IMG/VR virus record: IMGVR_UViG_3300025121_000021
Reading direction: 5' to 3' (one strand)
Length of the DNA: 64,000 bases
DNA from: an uncultured virus (IMG/VR IMGVR_UViG_3300025121_000021)
Lineage: Duplodnaviria; Heunggongvirae; Uroviricota; Caudoviricetes
In this document: positions 41,375 through 51,307 of the stretch, one piece after another
How the letters are laid out: each line of letters begins with the position of its first letter
Numbering within the stretch: position 1 is the stretch's first letter
Translations under genes and position numbers: made by a program
The notes under the pieces: generated by a model
Database searches by the model: none
What the model was told of the DNA's origin: nothing
Seen by the model: the letters and a program-made list of their open reading frames with translations, nothing else

Positions 41375-41730
41375 AATACCTCTAAGTTTTTTATAACTCC
41401 AAGCACTTCTAAAATTGAGGAGTTTAATGGTTGCACATAACGTGTAAGACAATAGTCATCTTTATAGGTGTAATAAGGTATGCCAAAACCGAAATTTACA
41501 GTCCATACATAGTCAGTGAAATTCTCATAAGGTGTCGAAGACCAGAACCAACTCTTTGTAAATCCAAGAACTTCGTCAATAAATGCTTGTTTTAATTCTT
41601 CACTTGTCGGAAGTCTCCAACCGTCTTTTTCTAAGACCTTGGCTTTATCCCAATTCATTGATCCTTGAACTGGTCCCCAAATTAATCTTCTATTAAAGTC
41701 AATTGTATAACCATTGATTTTTTTAAACAT
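41371..41730 (-). CDS. DUF1566 family protein, copy C
   Basis: Paralog, with GWRLPTSEEL, FWSST and WTVNF..G. Confidence 0.75.
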   Translation of the reverse strand: MFKKINGYTIDFNRRLIWGPVQGSMNWDKAKVLEKDGWRLPTSEELKQAFIDEVLGFTKSWFWSSTPYENFTDYVWTVNFGFGIPYYTYKDDYCLTRYVQPLNSSILEVLGVIKNLEVL

Positions 41731-42604
41731 TTAACAGGTTCCCTATTGTTAAATATATTTTCGAGAGTTCTTCTTTGATAGAAGTTTCCTCTCTCTTTAT
41801 AGATAAATTTCCAAAATACATTTCTAAACATTCTAATAGTAAATCTTTTATTTTAGATTCATTAGGACTATATTGGAGAGTACTTTCTAAGTATATTTTT
41901 TCAAGAGATTTTTCTTTATCTGCGAACCAATTTTCTAGATATTCTAAAGTCCATTCTCCTCTTCGTATAGCCTTAAGTTGTTCTCTATTTCTTTCTAAAT
42001 CTATGTCATGCTCTGATAAAATTTGTTCAACTTCATTTAATAGTCTTACTACATGATAACCAAACTTTATATCCCAACCATATTGACTGATAAGTTCAGC
42101 TCTATTTCCTTCAGGATTTTTTGTTTTGATTTTATGTAGCCGAGAATAGGCATAACCCTTAAAGGTATGCCATGCTTTTTTAGATAAGAATAGTTTTCTA
42201 TTCTCTCGCACTCTTTGTCCTACTGGTGTTATATGAATAATACATCTTTCAGGAACAAATAATGAATCTATCATATTAGGGTTACAATTCATACATAAAT
42301 CAAAATAACGAACGATATTATAGATATCAATATCATACTCCTTATCTTGATCCTTGATATGATGCTGTTGAAAATTTTGAAATCGCAGAGATTGTGTTCC
42401 GAACCCTTGTATTTCTCCAGCTTCATGAGGGAATATCATAGTACGAGAAGGCAGAGCAAAGCCATATATATCAATATCCGAAGTATTGCTGCTTGCTCCA
42501 TATGCAGTTGAGCCCATAATAACTTCATATTGAACAGACTTATCTATACCATATGGGCAATTAATAAGTTGTTTAGATTGTAATTTAGATATTAAACTTC
42601 CCAT
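41723..42604 (-). CDS. Predicted nucleotidyltransferase (YcgL/NrdC.11-like)
   Basis: GSTAYG...SDID.YG, NPN..D.LF, K..YH.VRL and L.AIR.G. Confidence 0.75.
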   Translation of the reverse strand: MGSLISKLQSKQLINCPYGIDKSVQYEVIMGSTAYGASSNTSDIDIYGFALPSRTMIFPHEAGEIQGFGTQSLRFQNFQQHHIKDQDKEYDIDIYNIVRYFDLCMNCNPNMIDSLFVPERCIIHITPVGQRVRENRKLFLSKKAWHTFKGYAYSRLHKIKTKNPEGNRAELISQYGWDIKFGYHVVRLLNEVEQILSEHDIDLERNREQLKAIRRGEWTLEYLENWFADKEKSLEKIYLESTLQYSPNESKIKDLLLECLEMYFGNLSIKREETSIKEELSKIYLTIGNLLNV

Positions 42605-42852
42605 ATATCCTTTTTTACTTCGAGTTTTTCTTTTTCGCTTAACTCTAATAGTAATTCTTTACTAATTTGATTTACCGGGTATATATATACTGTTCCTGAA
42701 TAACATTCGATGGTTATACACACTTATTCAGAATCTTTAATCGTTCCGCCTTTATCTATATACATTTGACGCAATGTATCTACAATAAGGTTAGTGAATT
42801 CTTCAAGATTTTCCTTTGATGTAATTTTTCCTTTAAATTTATCGATTTTCAT
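42592..42852 (-). pseudogene. Hypothetical gene with in-frame TAA at 42724-42726
   Basis: 42 codons, a TAA, then 43 codons in the same frame fill the gap exactly and overlap the next start. Confidence 0.45.
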
Positions 42853-42867
42853 TTTAATACCTTTTAC

Positions 42868-43491
42868 TTAAAGTAGTACTGCTGCTAACTTTTGGGTTTC
42901 TTTCAGGATTTTCTTTAGTGCGGTTTCTATGGTTTCTTCTTCTTCTCCGTGATACAATGCAAAATATTCCCAGCCGTCGTCTTTCTTAGCCATAGCAGAG
43001 AAGAGTTCAAAACTTAAAGATGCCTGGCACTTGATATAAGCTTTTAGTTCTTCGTACCCAGCTTGCCAATCCGGCTTGACGTCCGCAGGAAGTTTGAGGC
43101 GTTCTGCGTATCTCAGATACACATGAGCCGGTGGAAAGGTTTTTGTAACTAAAGGTTTTTTATGTAGACACTTCAGGGCATTGTCTATATAATAGTCTTT
43201 GCGCCATTTCTTATGGAGCGCCCTTTCGTAGGGTTCAAGGAGATGGTCTGGCTGCTGGTATGAGAAAAAGTCTCTGCGCGCGACTTTCACATGGCGACGC
43301 AGTAATCTTTTAAAGTTACTAAAAGAAATGTCTTGTACGCCTAAATCTCCTTCTGCTTGTACCATTTCTCCTTGATACCAATAATGCACCCCAGAGTTAT
43401 CTAGGTAAAACTCAGACAATAATTCTATGTGATTTTTTGCAACCAAAGGGTACATATTAGCAAAATAGAGTAGTTGGCGTTTTAGACTCAT
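42868..43491 (-). CDS. Hypothetical protein (GC-elevated)
   Basis: 207-aa ORF. Confidence 0.6.
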   Translation of the reverse strand: MSLKRQLLYFANMYPLVAKNHIELLSEFYLDNSGVHYWYQGEMVQAEGDLGVQDISFSNFKRLLRRHVKVARRDFFSYQQPDHLLEPYERALHKKWRKDYYIDNALKCLHKKPLVTKTFPPAHVYLRYAERLKLPADVKPDWQAGYEELKAYIKCQASLSFELFSAMAKKDDGWEYFALYHGEEEETIETALKKILKETQKLAAVLL

Positions 43492-43509
43492 TTTAATTCC
43501 TTATTTTTA

Positions 43510-43812
43510 TTATGGTCGCACACAACAGATATAACGACTATTATATTTGATGTCACTTCCAATAAAATTGTGCCTTACATAATAATATTGTTTTGACATT
43601 CGACATCTAGAAGATGACCATAAAGATTTATTTTTTATATACTTTTTAATTTCTTCTGGTCCATTCTCAAATAAATCAATAAGTTCTTCTTTAGAAGGGC
43701 ATCTTCCTTTTTGTTCTTCACACTAGATTTGAGTTTTCCTCCATGACATTGACTTTTCAGAGATTGGTCCCCACTTTAATCCGGTCCTAGGATCTTTGAT
43801 CCATTCATTCAT
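43510..43812 (-). pseudogene. DUF1566 family copy with premature TAG (43723-43725)
   Basis: MNEWIKDPRTGLKWGP...MSW...I*C...RCPSKEEL...LWSSS...ICCVRP. ATG overlaps the UDG stop. Missed by the ORF track. Confidence 0.7.
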
Positions 43813-44408
43813 TTTAAATTTTCTGTGTAAAAATTATAAAAAATCTGTGCATGTTCTTTTGCTAAGTCCATCATAGATGGGTTACGTAAAATGTATGCTG
43901 GATGCATTAACGGCATTACCTTATAAGTTTTACCTTCTAATAAATATTTTTTAACCTTACCACAATATTCTTTTACCCAATTTTGGATAACAGTATCAGT
44001 TAATGCTTGATATGTTGGCTTACCAAAAGTAATAATAAAACGCGGTTTTAATAAATTTATCATATTGTTTAAATGTGTTTTACACACATCATATTCTTCT
44101 GGCCGTGGATCTCGATCTTTAAATTGACCATTGACCATTGTTCTATGTAGGACTATATTTGTCCAAAATATATCTTTGTGAGGATCTATCCCAATAGATT
44201 CGAACATTTCATTTGCAAATTGACCACTTGGTCCTACGAATGGCAGACCTTGTTTTTGTTCTTGTTCTCCGGGTCCCATACCTATGACCATAATATCGGC
44301 CAGATAAGATCCCCGATTAACAACTATCTTAGAATTATTAGTATTTAGAGAACAAAGGGTGCAATTTTTTTCTTTAAGTTCTGTGCAATATGTTTCAAGC
44401 TGGTTCAT
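43809..44408 (-). CDS. Uracil-DNA glycosylase family 4
   Basis: C..C.L, G.GPG..E...G.PFVGPSG, TN.V and HPAYILRN. Confidence 0.85.
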   Translation of the reverse strand: MNQLETYCTELKEKNCTLCSLNTNNSKIVVNRGSYLADIMVIGMGPGEQEQKQGLPFVGPSGQFANEMFESIGIDPHKDIFWTNIVLHRTMVNGQFKDRDPRPEEYDVCKTHLNNMINLLKPRFIITFGKPTYQALTDTVIQNWVKEYCGKVKKYLLEGKTYKVMPLMHPAYILRNPSMMDLAKEHAQIFYNFYTENLK

Positions 44409-45450
44409 TCTTTGTCTCTATTGTGGTTAACCCATAGGATCTATCTAGCAAAAGTTTTAATTCTTCTGGGGGCATTGTTGCTAAATATTCAGCCATTCCA
44501 TTTCTGCCTTGTGCTACTTTTGTCCCATTAAGATAGTACCAAGCACCAGAATTTTCTAAGATACCTTTAGAACGTAATAAATCTACAGTACCAGCCCAAG
44601 GACTAAATCCTTGTCCAAACAGTAAATCTACTTCTGCTGTTCTAAATGGAGTAAATACCTTATTCTTTGCTGTCTTAATTTTACAAGTAAAACCTATTGG
44701 TGTTTCTTTTGGACCCACCCAATCTCCTTTTCGTAATTCTAATCTAATAGTTGCATAGAATTTTAATGCGTTTCCGCCGGATACCACATCTGGAGAACCA
44801 TAAGAAATTCCAATTTTCTGACGAAATTGGTTTATCCAAATAAAAGTACAATTAGCTTGTTGGGCTAATGGGTTAAGCTTGCGCAAAGCCTTAGACATCA
44901 TACGAGCTTGAAGGCCCATTTGTTGATCTTCCATTGTCCCATCTAATTCAGCTTTAGGAATTAAAGTCGCAACAGAATCTATAATAATTAAGCCATAAGA
45001 ACCAGTTCTACATAAAGTTTCTGCAATATCTAACGCTTGCTCACCGTAATCAGGTTGACTAATTGTAAGCCGATTCAAATCGACTTCTAATTTCTGTGCA
45101 TAATCTAGTTCTAGTGCGTGCTCAGAATCTATATATGCAACTAATAACCCCTGTTTTTGTGCTTGCGCACAAGCATGTAATGCAAGACTACTTTTGCCTG
45201 TTGCTTCCCATCCATATAATTCTATATGCCTTCCTCTTGGTAATCCCCTTCCTTTAGACAAATTATAATCTAAGTTTGGAAGACCCATAGGTATCCAATC
45301 TTTAATAGTGCATATATCTAAATCTTCGTTGGAAGCAATACAAGCTAAGCCTTCTCCAAATTGTTTAGCAATTAACTTAAGAGATAACTCTATTTCTTTT
45401 TGCTTTTCATCGTCTAAATTTTCAACAACTTCTGTATCTTTTTTAACCAT
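44395..45450 (-). CDS. recA: Recombinase A
   Basis: GLPRGR.IELYG.EATGKS, IDSEHAL, QPDYGEQAL, GLQARMMSKALRK, GGNALKFYA and KNKV..PFR. Confidence 0.95.
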   Translation of the reverse strand: MVKKDTEVVENLDDEKQKEIELSLKLIAKQFGEGLACIASNEDLDICTIKDWIPMGLPNLDYNLSKGRGLPRGRHIELYGWEATGKSSLALHACAQAQKQGLLVAYIDSEHALELDYAQKLEVDLNRLTISQPDYGEQALDIAETLCRTGSYGLIIIDSVATLIPKAELDGTMEDQQMGLQARMMSKALRKLNPLAQQANCTFIWINQFRQKIGISYGSPDVVSGGNALKFYATIRLELRKGDWVGPKETPIGFTCKIKTAKNKVFTPFRTAEVDLLFGQGFSPWAGTVDLLRSKGILENSGAWYYLNGTKVAQGRNGMAEYLATMPPEELKLLLDRSYGLTTIETKNEPA

Positions 45451-45457
45451 ATAATCC

Positions 45458-45829
45458 TTATAATATATCTAAGATTGGAGCTTCTTTAATTAAAAGTATT
45501 CGACCTCCTCCGCTCTTAACACGATATACACGAGGAAGCCATTTGGAAAAGGGTATTTTGTCTCTATCTTGTCCTGGAGTACCTACAGCATAAGGAACAT
45601 CAAGACACCAAAGGTATCTTGTTCCAACATGAAGGAAAGGACAGAATCTAATATAATTATTGTATTCTGCTTCTTGTAATTCAAATATTTCTTTTAAGGT
45701 AGGTAATCTAAAGTCTGAATTAGACGCACAAATTCTATCTTTCCTTTCTTCTCCCCAAAAGGTTTGAATGGGCGGATCCCAAAATTCTGTAGCAATATAT
45801 TTACCTGAGAAAAAGATTAAGTTTTGCAT
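45458..45829 (-). CDS. Divergent DUF1566-like protein
   Basis: DFRLPTLKEI..L...YLWC...GRILLIK. Confidence 0.45.
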   Translation of the reverse strand: MQNLIFFSGKYIATEFWDPPIQTFWGEERKDRICASNSDFRLPTLKEIFELQEAEYNNYIRFCPFLHVGTRYLWCLDVPYAVGTPGQDRDKIPFSKWLPRVYRVKSGGGRILLIKEAPILDIL

Positions 45830-45838
45830 TTTAAATCC

Positions 45839-46195
45839 TTATAGAATTTCTTTATAAAGATCTCGAACTAATAGAACCCTTCCATCTTTAACAGGGAAAG
45901 AATTACGGGTTGAACCTGAATGAATATGATAAGCAACTTGACCTTGTCCCTCTTGGCACCAAACAAATCTTCCACCAAATTTATAAAAGCGTTTATCAGG
46001 GTATTGGTTTAGACAATCGTTAAGTTCAAATACTTCAGTTAATGTTGGAAGTCGATAATCTGGATGTTGGCTTAATTTACACATTGCTGCATCATGTTCT
46101 ACACAAGCAATTTCTCTGTATTCTATTTTATAATATTTAATAAATACTAACAGTCTATTAAGTATAAATAAATCTTCTCCTATACAGTGATTCAC
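45839..46195 (-). CDS. Divergent DUF1566-like protein
   Basis: A..C...DYRLPTLTEV..L...FVWC...GRVLLVR. Tandem paralog of the previous gene. Confidence 0.45.
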   Translation of the reverse strand: MNHCIGEDLFILNRLLVFIKYYKIEYREIACVEHDAAMCKLSQHPDYRLPTLTEVFELNDCLNQYPDKRFYKFGGRFVWCQEGQGQVAYHIHSGSTRNSFPVKDGRVLLVRDLYKEIL

Positions 46196-46215
46196 TATAA
46201 TCTCCTTGCAAAAGT

Positions 46216-46869
46216 TTATTTTACCTTAATATTTATTTGGATAGGACTATGAATTAATTTATTAGCGTCATCACATAAGGCTGCGTTAATAGAAATTTTA
46301 TTATTTATTGCATGGGTTTCTACCATTCCATAGTTCTCATGAATATGACCAAAAACATGTAATTTAAGAGATATATTTAAAAGTCTATCTTTTAAGTCTT
46401 GGCAACCTATTCTATTTCCCTTAGAGAAGTCTAAGCAATCTCTAGGAGGTGTATGGGTAATGAGAATATCGGTATTATGTGGAATTTTTTCCCAAACTTT
46501 ACGTAAGGGTTCTCCTACTGGTAGATTAAAAGCCCAATTATAAAATACTGGTTGCCAAGGCGAACCATAAATATGTAAACCTTTAAATTGATAACTGTCA
46601 TCTTCTAAATAAATACAATTTTGATGTTTATTAATAGCCAAACTAGCTTTTTCTTTTCTTGATTGAAAAGCTAAATCATGATTTCCGGCTATAACAATTT
46701 TCAAATCATGTGGTTGTATTTTTAACCAATTACCAAATTCTTCAATTTCTTTTAAAGAACCAAATGTGGTTATATCTCCAGCAATAATTAAAAGGTCTCC
46801 ATTCGGAACTTCAAGATCTTTATAATGACCATGAAGATCAGCCATGCAGACAACTTGGATGTCTGACAT
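46216..46869 (-). CDS. Metallophosphoesterase
   Basis: ADLHG, AGD, IAGNHD, DILITHTPP and FGHIHE. Confidence 0.85.
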   Translation of the reverse strand: MSDIQVVCMADLHGHYKDLEVPNGDLLIIAGDITTFGSLKEIEEFGNWLKIQPHDLKIVIAGNHDLAFQSRKEKASLAINKHQNCIYLEDDSYQFKGLHIYGSPWQPVFYNWAFNLPVGEPLRKVWEKIPHNTDILITHTPPRDCLDFSKGNRIGCQDLKDRLLNISLKLHVFGHIHENYGMVETHAINNKISINAALCDDANKLIHSPIQINIKVK

Positions 46870-46882
46870 ATGAACTCCTAAT

Positions 46883-47347
46883 TCAACCCCATCTACGAAG
46901 GAGGTTAATAGCTTGTTCGGGATTTTGGTGTATAATCTTTTTGAGTTTTGTTGAATGAATACTTAATAAATCACAGAGTTCAGAATATGTAAGATCAAAT
47001 TTCCCAAAACTGAAACTTCCGTTTTTCATTAAAAAATATTCAGAAACTTGGAAATGATACGAACAGGTTAATAAAGGAATCTTTTGATGTTCAAATTCAA
47101 AGGCCTCTATTTCTCTGTTGTAATTTGTATTAATAATATGATTATTCAATGGGCAAGAAGAGCAATCAGGAGATAACGAACAAACTGTCTCGGGTTCATT
47201 ATGGTAATCTCGTATAAATGAGATTAAGATTTCTATTAAGAGTCTTTGGACTCTCACGCCTTCGATAAATTCGTCCATTGTGTATTCAATTGTTTTAAAG
47301 TAAGGCCCAAACCGCAATATTTGCGATGTGTTTTGCTTTTTTTGCAA
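46883..47347 (-). CDS. Hypothetical protein
   Basis: ORF with a Cys cluster. Start uncertain. Confidence 0.45.
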   Translation of the reverse strand: MQKKQNTSQILRFGPYFKTIEYTMDEFIEGVRVQRLLIEILISFIRDYHNEPETVCSLSPDCSSCPLNNHIINTNYNREIEAFEFEHQKIPLLTCSYHFQVSEYFLMKNGSFSFGKFDLTYSELCDLLSIHSTKLKKIIHQNPEQAINLLRRWG

Positions 47348-47583
47348 ATAGGGCAGGGAGTAATTGTACTTAATAAATTCATGAGTATTGGAAGCTCAAA
47401 ATTGTTTCCTAATTCTCCCTTAGAAAAAGTACTTGTAATTTGGTCTAAAGTAATAACTTTGTTATTAATTAAATGATCTACTGTTGCCACTGATATATAA
47501 TACGATATTAGATTAGAAACACCAAATGTTTTTTGTATTTTTACTAAAGATGTCTTAAACGCTTCTAGTAATTCATCCTTCAT
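47254..47583 (-). CDS. Hypothetical protein with Zn knuckle
   Basis: CPIC....H...C. Confidence 0.5.
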   Translation of the reverse strand: MKDELLEAFKTSLVKIQKTFGVSNLISYYISVATVDHLINNKVITLDQITSTFSKGELGNNFELPILMNLLSTITPCPICKKSKTHRKYCGLGLTLKQLNTQWTNLSKA

Positions 47584-47908
47584 AATCTTCTTCTTGGTCA
47601 GCTAAATCTTTATCATGTTCTTCACAAACATGAAGAATTTTGCCATCCGGAAATTCCCATTTTGCAATTGAAGCTGCTCCACATCTTACTTTATGAGTCG
47701 TTTCATTCCAAGGAAGAACAATCTCCACTTCACAACACGGTAAACTGGTCCTGACGGGTTTACAAGCGCAGTCATGTATTAACTCTCCGCATTTAAAACA
47801 AAAGTTTTCGGTATTGGTATAATATTTATCTTCTTTCTGTTTATGAACAATAGTTCCAGGAGCAGTAGGAATACGAGGTTCAGTGATTTTACGGATAGTC
47901 TTTCCCAT
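47573..47908 (-). CDS. Cys-rich hypothetical protein
   Basis: CFKC..CAC, CC, C...C..H. Confidence 0.55.
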   Translation of the reverse strand: MGKTIRKITEPRIPTAPGTIVHKQKEDKYYTNTENFCFKCGELIHDCACKPVRTSLPCCEVEIVLPWNETTHKVRCGAASIAKWEFPDGKILHVCEEHDKDLADQEEDYEG

Positions 47909-47917
47909 TTTTCTCTC

Positions 47918-48481
47918 TCAGTATTGATTTAGTTTACGTTCTGTTCCATTTAAAATCGCGGCAATATTTAATGCTTTTTGCGCATATTCTAATTTTTTAA
48001 GTACATTAGACCAAAATTCATATGCAATTTCTATTGCCATAGTTGTTGTCGTTAAAACTGCCACTTCGCTTTTAGCCAACTTTTCGCAATGCGCTCTATT
48101 AGTTAAAGCTTTACGAGAACCATCTTTTCTTTCTACTTGTCTCATAAAAGTTTTATATAATTGCCCTTGTTGGTTGTTTTCTGTAGAACGATTTGCATAA
48201 AGCATTGCCTGATAGCGACTTTTATAGTTTGAAGCTAATTGATATAGCTTAACTAAAGTAGCTACTGCCGTTCTACATTCAGAAATTGACATGTTTGGAT
48301 CAAAGTGAATAGCAAAATCTTTTTCCCAATCAACTAATGTTTTTCCATCAATAGTAAAACTATTAAGGAAAATGTCAGTAAATTTAGACAACATAAATTT
48401 ACCGATGTTAATTTCTTGGTCTAAATCATTTAATGGTTTTTCCGTATTGATAACTTCTTGTTCAGTGTGTTCTTCTGTCAT
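47918..48481 (-). CDS. Hypothetical helical protein
   Basis: 187-aa ORF. Confidence 0.6.
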   Translation of the reverse strand: MTEEHTEQEVINTEKPLNDLDQEINIGKFMLSKFTDIFLNSFTIDGKTLVDWEKDFAIHFDPNMSISECRTAVATLVKLYQLASNYKSRYQAMLYANRSTENNQQGQLYKTFMRQVERKDGSRKALTNRAHCEKLAKSEVAVLTTTTMAIEIAYEFWSNVLKKLEYAQKALNIAAILNGTERKLNQY

Positions 48482-49017
48482 TTTATTTCTTCTATTATAA
48501 TTTTTCCGCCAAATGTTTTAACCATTTTATATAAAATGTCTAAGTCTTCCATAGTTAATTCATTGCTATACATACCTCTTTTTTTATTGTCTGGATATAC
48601 TGCAATTGTATGCCCAGATTTTAGTGTTGTTGTAAACATTTTATTTGCCGAAGAACCCGTATGAGTTAAATTAATAATATCTTGGGGTTCTAACTCCAAA
48701 TTAGGTTTTTCACACATTAACACTGGTTCAGGTATAGAACATGTTTGTCTCAAAAGATTTTCTAAGTTTTGAGTTGTAACATTTTTAGTCCATATAATAA
48801 TTTCACGGTTCGGAAGAACGGATTTCCAAATTGTAATAGCTCGTTCTCCGTATAATATGCAATTATATGTATTGCTAAAATTTGTTAAAGTTGTTAATAG
48901 ATCTTTAGTTTTAATATTAGTGATACTAACAGTATTATAATTATATTCTAAAGAATCTAATTGAGACTGTAATATCTGTAAATCATCAGCAGTTGAGTAA
49001 AGAATAATAGGAAGCAA
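48478..49017 (-). CDS. Hypothetical protein
   Basis: TTG-start ORF with a GGAG RBS. Confidence 0.5.
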   Translation of the reverse strand: MLPIILYSTADDLQILQSQLDSLEYNYNTVSITNIKTKDLLTTLTNFSNTYNCILYGERAITIWKSVLPNREIIIWTKNVTTQNLENLLRQTCSIPEPVLMCEKPNLELEPQDIINLTHTGSSANKMFTTTLKSGHTIAVYPDNKKRGMYSNELTMEDLDILYKMVKTFGGKIIIEEIK

Positions 49018-49510
49018 TCAATTCTCCTTTCATTTCGTAATTATTATTATAAATATATACTTTAGGTAAATGAGCTATAATTTTTAGACTCTCGCTTTCG
49101 AAGTCTTTTGTTTTACCCAATAGACAATCATATAAGGTTTCCGACTCGCCTAAAAATATATGTAATACTTTTTTGGCGGCCATTAATTCTCTCATCTCCA
49201 TAAATGGGATAGCTGCTAAAATTGAAGCTAAAGTTCTATCAACAGTCAATAAAGTTTCATCTTCAATTAGTCTAGGAGGATTGGTGTAGATATTATCATT
49301 GATAATGCCTATAATTTTCTTGGGTTTGTTTTCAATAATAGAAGCAGTAGTAATATAAATATCTTCTGAAGGATTAACTTCTTTTACTAAACTTAAACTT
49401 TCTAGTATGTCGTTAAAGTAATATATAGTGTCTACATGAGGATTCCATTGTTTGTCTTTTAAATTTTTTCTCATTGAGAGAACTGTTTTGTATAGTAATT
49501 TTTGATTCAT
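48986..49510 (-). CDS. Hypothetical protein
   Basis: ATGA-coupled ORF. Confidence 0.55.
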   Translation of the reverse strand: MNQKLLYKTVLSMRKNLKDKQWNPHVDTIYYFNDILESLSLVKEVNPSEDIYITTASIIENKPKKIIGIINDNIYTNPPRLIEDETLLTVDRTLASILAAIPFMEMRELMAAKKVLHIFLGESETLYDCLLGKTKDFESESLKIIAHLPKVYIYNNNYEMKGELIASYYSLLNC

Positions 49511-49860
49511 AAAATTTCCATTGTAAAATTTAATTCTTTTAAAATCAAAGAATCAAATGGTCGTATATACCGTGCTGCAAGCCTGTAAGTTTTAAGACCT
49601 TCGACAACGTAACCGTTGTCGAAATCCACGTACCATGCGTGGTCGGCGTTGTCGATAAAGGACGATGACGACCAAAACCTATCCTCTGTAAATCCAGGCA
49701 CTTTATCAAAAAACGCTTGTTTTAACTCATCTTTTACCGGAAGTCTCCAACTGTCTTTTTCTAAGTCTTTGGCTTGATTCCAAGTCATTAGTCCTTGGAC
49801 TGGTCCCCAAATTAATTTATTTTTAAAGTCGATTGTAAGGCCATTGATTTCTTTAAACAT
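49507..49860 (-). CDS. DUF1566 family protein, copy D
   Basis: FWSSS...AWYVDFDNGY, a canonical DUF1566 C-terminal region. Confidence 0.8.
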   Translation of the reverse strand: MFKEINGLTIDFKNKLIWGPVQGLMTWNQAKDLEKDSWRLPVKDELKQAFFDKVPGFTEDRFWSSSSFIDNADHAWYVDFDNGYVVEGLKTYRLAARYIRPFDSLILKELNFTMEIL

Positions 49861-49867
49861 ATTTATC

Positions 49868-50185
49868 CTAAGGCATTAGATGTATCTTGTCTTGTAAAAA
49901 CCATAAAGCTAAAGATATAAAAATGCCAATATAAGCAGCGGCAACAACAGCGTGAATGCCTCCACCTAGACTAAAAAAAGTTAATATACTAAAAAGTGCG
50001 TCAGTAATAATATGATGTCTGACCATAAATTTTTGAAGTCTTATTGGAAGTTTATTAAATAAAATTAAGAAAACAAAAAATATTATTCCTCCTAAAATTA
50101 AACCCGTTAAGGCTATTCCGCCAATTATGAATGTCAAAATAAATAAAGTAATCAAACCTACGACAATTAAATTTTTACTTACCAT
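49868..50185 (-). CDS. Multi-pass membrane protein
   Basis: Several hydrophobic helices. Confidence 0.6.
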   Translation of the reverse strand: MVSKNLIVVGLITLFILTFIIGGIALTGLILGGIIFFVFLILFNKLPIRLQKFMVRHHIITDALFSILTFFSLGGGIHAVVAAAYIGIFISLALWFLQDKIHLMP

Positions 50186-50691
50186 CCAAGAATCTTAGAA
50201 AGTGCAGTACGAAGCATTATTTGACAAGATAACATTTCTTCAGGCGACATAAAAAATGTTCTAACATTCTCTTCTCCATTTTCTTTATGGCGAAGAGTAA
50301 ATCCAAAAGATGTTCCATTAAAGAAAACACTTAGTTGATTAATAACAGATCCCATTGCTTCTGTTTGTGCATTAGGATCATGGATCAAAGCTATTGATTT
50401 TCCTTTTTCATCATTATCTTGTAAAGCATAAGGCAATGTTTTTTCTAGCCAGTAAAGAATTTTTTCAATATCAATAAATCCTAACTTAAAACGTTGGATT
50501 TGTTCTAGTTGCATTTGATTATTTGCCATTGGGCAAATAGTTAACATTACAGAACCAGCCTGTAATTCTGTACATTTTTGTCCAGCAGAATTTGTCCATT
50601 CAGGTCCTTCTTTCGGTGAATATAACTCTAATTGAAGGCATGAAGTCTTCTTATATTTTTCAAATTTTGCAGGTCGAATAATTTTTTCCAT
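50179..50691 (-). CDS. Hypothetical protein
   Basis: ORF with AGGA RBS. Confidence 0.6.
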   Translation of the reverse strand: MEKIIRPAKFEKYKKTSCLQLELYSPKEGPEWTNSAGQKCTELQAGSVMLTICPMANNQMQLEQIQRFKLGFIDIEKILYWLEKTLPYALQDNDEKGKSIALIHDPNAQTEAMGSVINQLSVFFNGTSFGFTLRHKENGEENVRTFFMSPEEMLSCQIMLRTALSKILGW

Positions 50692-50699
50692 AATAATCC

Positions 50700-51053
50700 T
50701 TATAAAATTTCCATTGTAAAATTTAATTCTTTTAAAATCAAAGAGTCAAGCGGCCGCACACATCTTACATAATAGTCGAGAGCTTTATTATCATAGTCGG
50801 CGAAGCCGTAGCCGAGATGCACGTACCATGCGTAGTTGGTATACTTAATGAGAGACAACGATGACCAGAACCTATCTTTTGCAAATCCAGGAACTTTATC
50901 TATAAATGCTTGTTTTAATTCATCTCTTGTTGGAAGTCTCCAACCGTCTTTTTCTAAGTTCATGGCTCTACTCCAGCTTCTTGGTTCTTGGGTTAATCCC
51001 CAAACTAATTTATTCTTGAAGTCAATTGTAAAGCCATTGATTTCTTTGAACAT
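50700..51053 (-). CDS. DUF1566 family protein, copy E
   Basis: GWRLPTRDEL, FWSS, AWYV...G and YVRCVRP. Confidence 0.8.
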   Translation of the reverse strand: MFKEINGFTIDFKNKLVWGLTQEPRSWSRAMNLEKDGWRLPTRDELKQAFIDKVPGFAKDRFWSSLSLIKYTNYAWYVHLGYGFADYDNKALDYYVRCVRPLDSLILKELNFTMEIL

Positions 51054-51055
51054 AT

Positions 51056-51307
51056 TTAGTCTGTAGTTTGAAGTTTATCTATGAACTTCATTAAGTCTAA
51101 AGCTTCTACTAACAGTAGAGTAGCTAAGTTAGGATGAGAAAGATGATCGAGCATTAGTTGATCAACTTTATCTCCATATTGGATTGGAGATACTGCGTCT
51201 CCTAAGGCTGCTATGACCTGAGCCAATACTCGTGCTTGATCATTGTCATTTAATGCTGATTGATTAAGAATATTTATTATTTGATTAGCTGTTTCAATTA
51301 TAGTCAT
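51056..51307 (-). CDS. Hypothetical protein
   Basis: ORF in operon. Confidence 0.55.
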   Translation of the reverse strand: MTIIETANQIINILNQSALNDNDQARVLAQVIAALGDAVSPIQYGDKVDQLMLDHLSHPNLATLLLVEALDLMKFIDKLQTTD

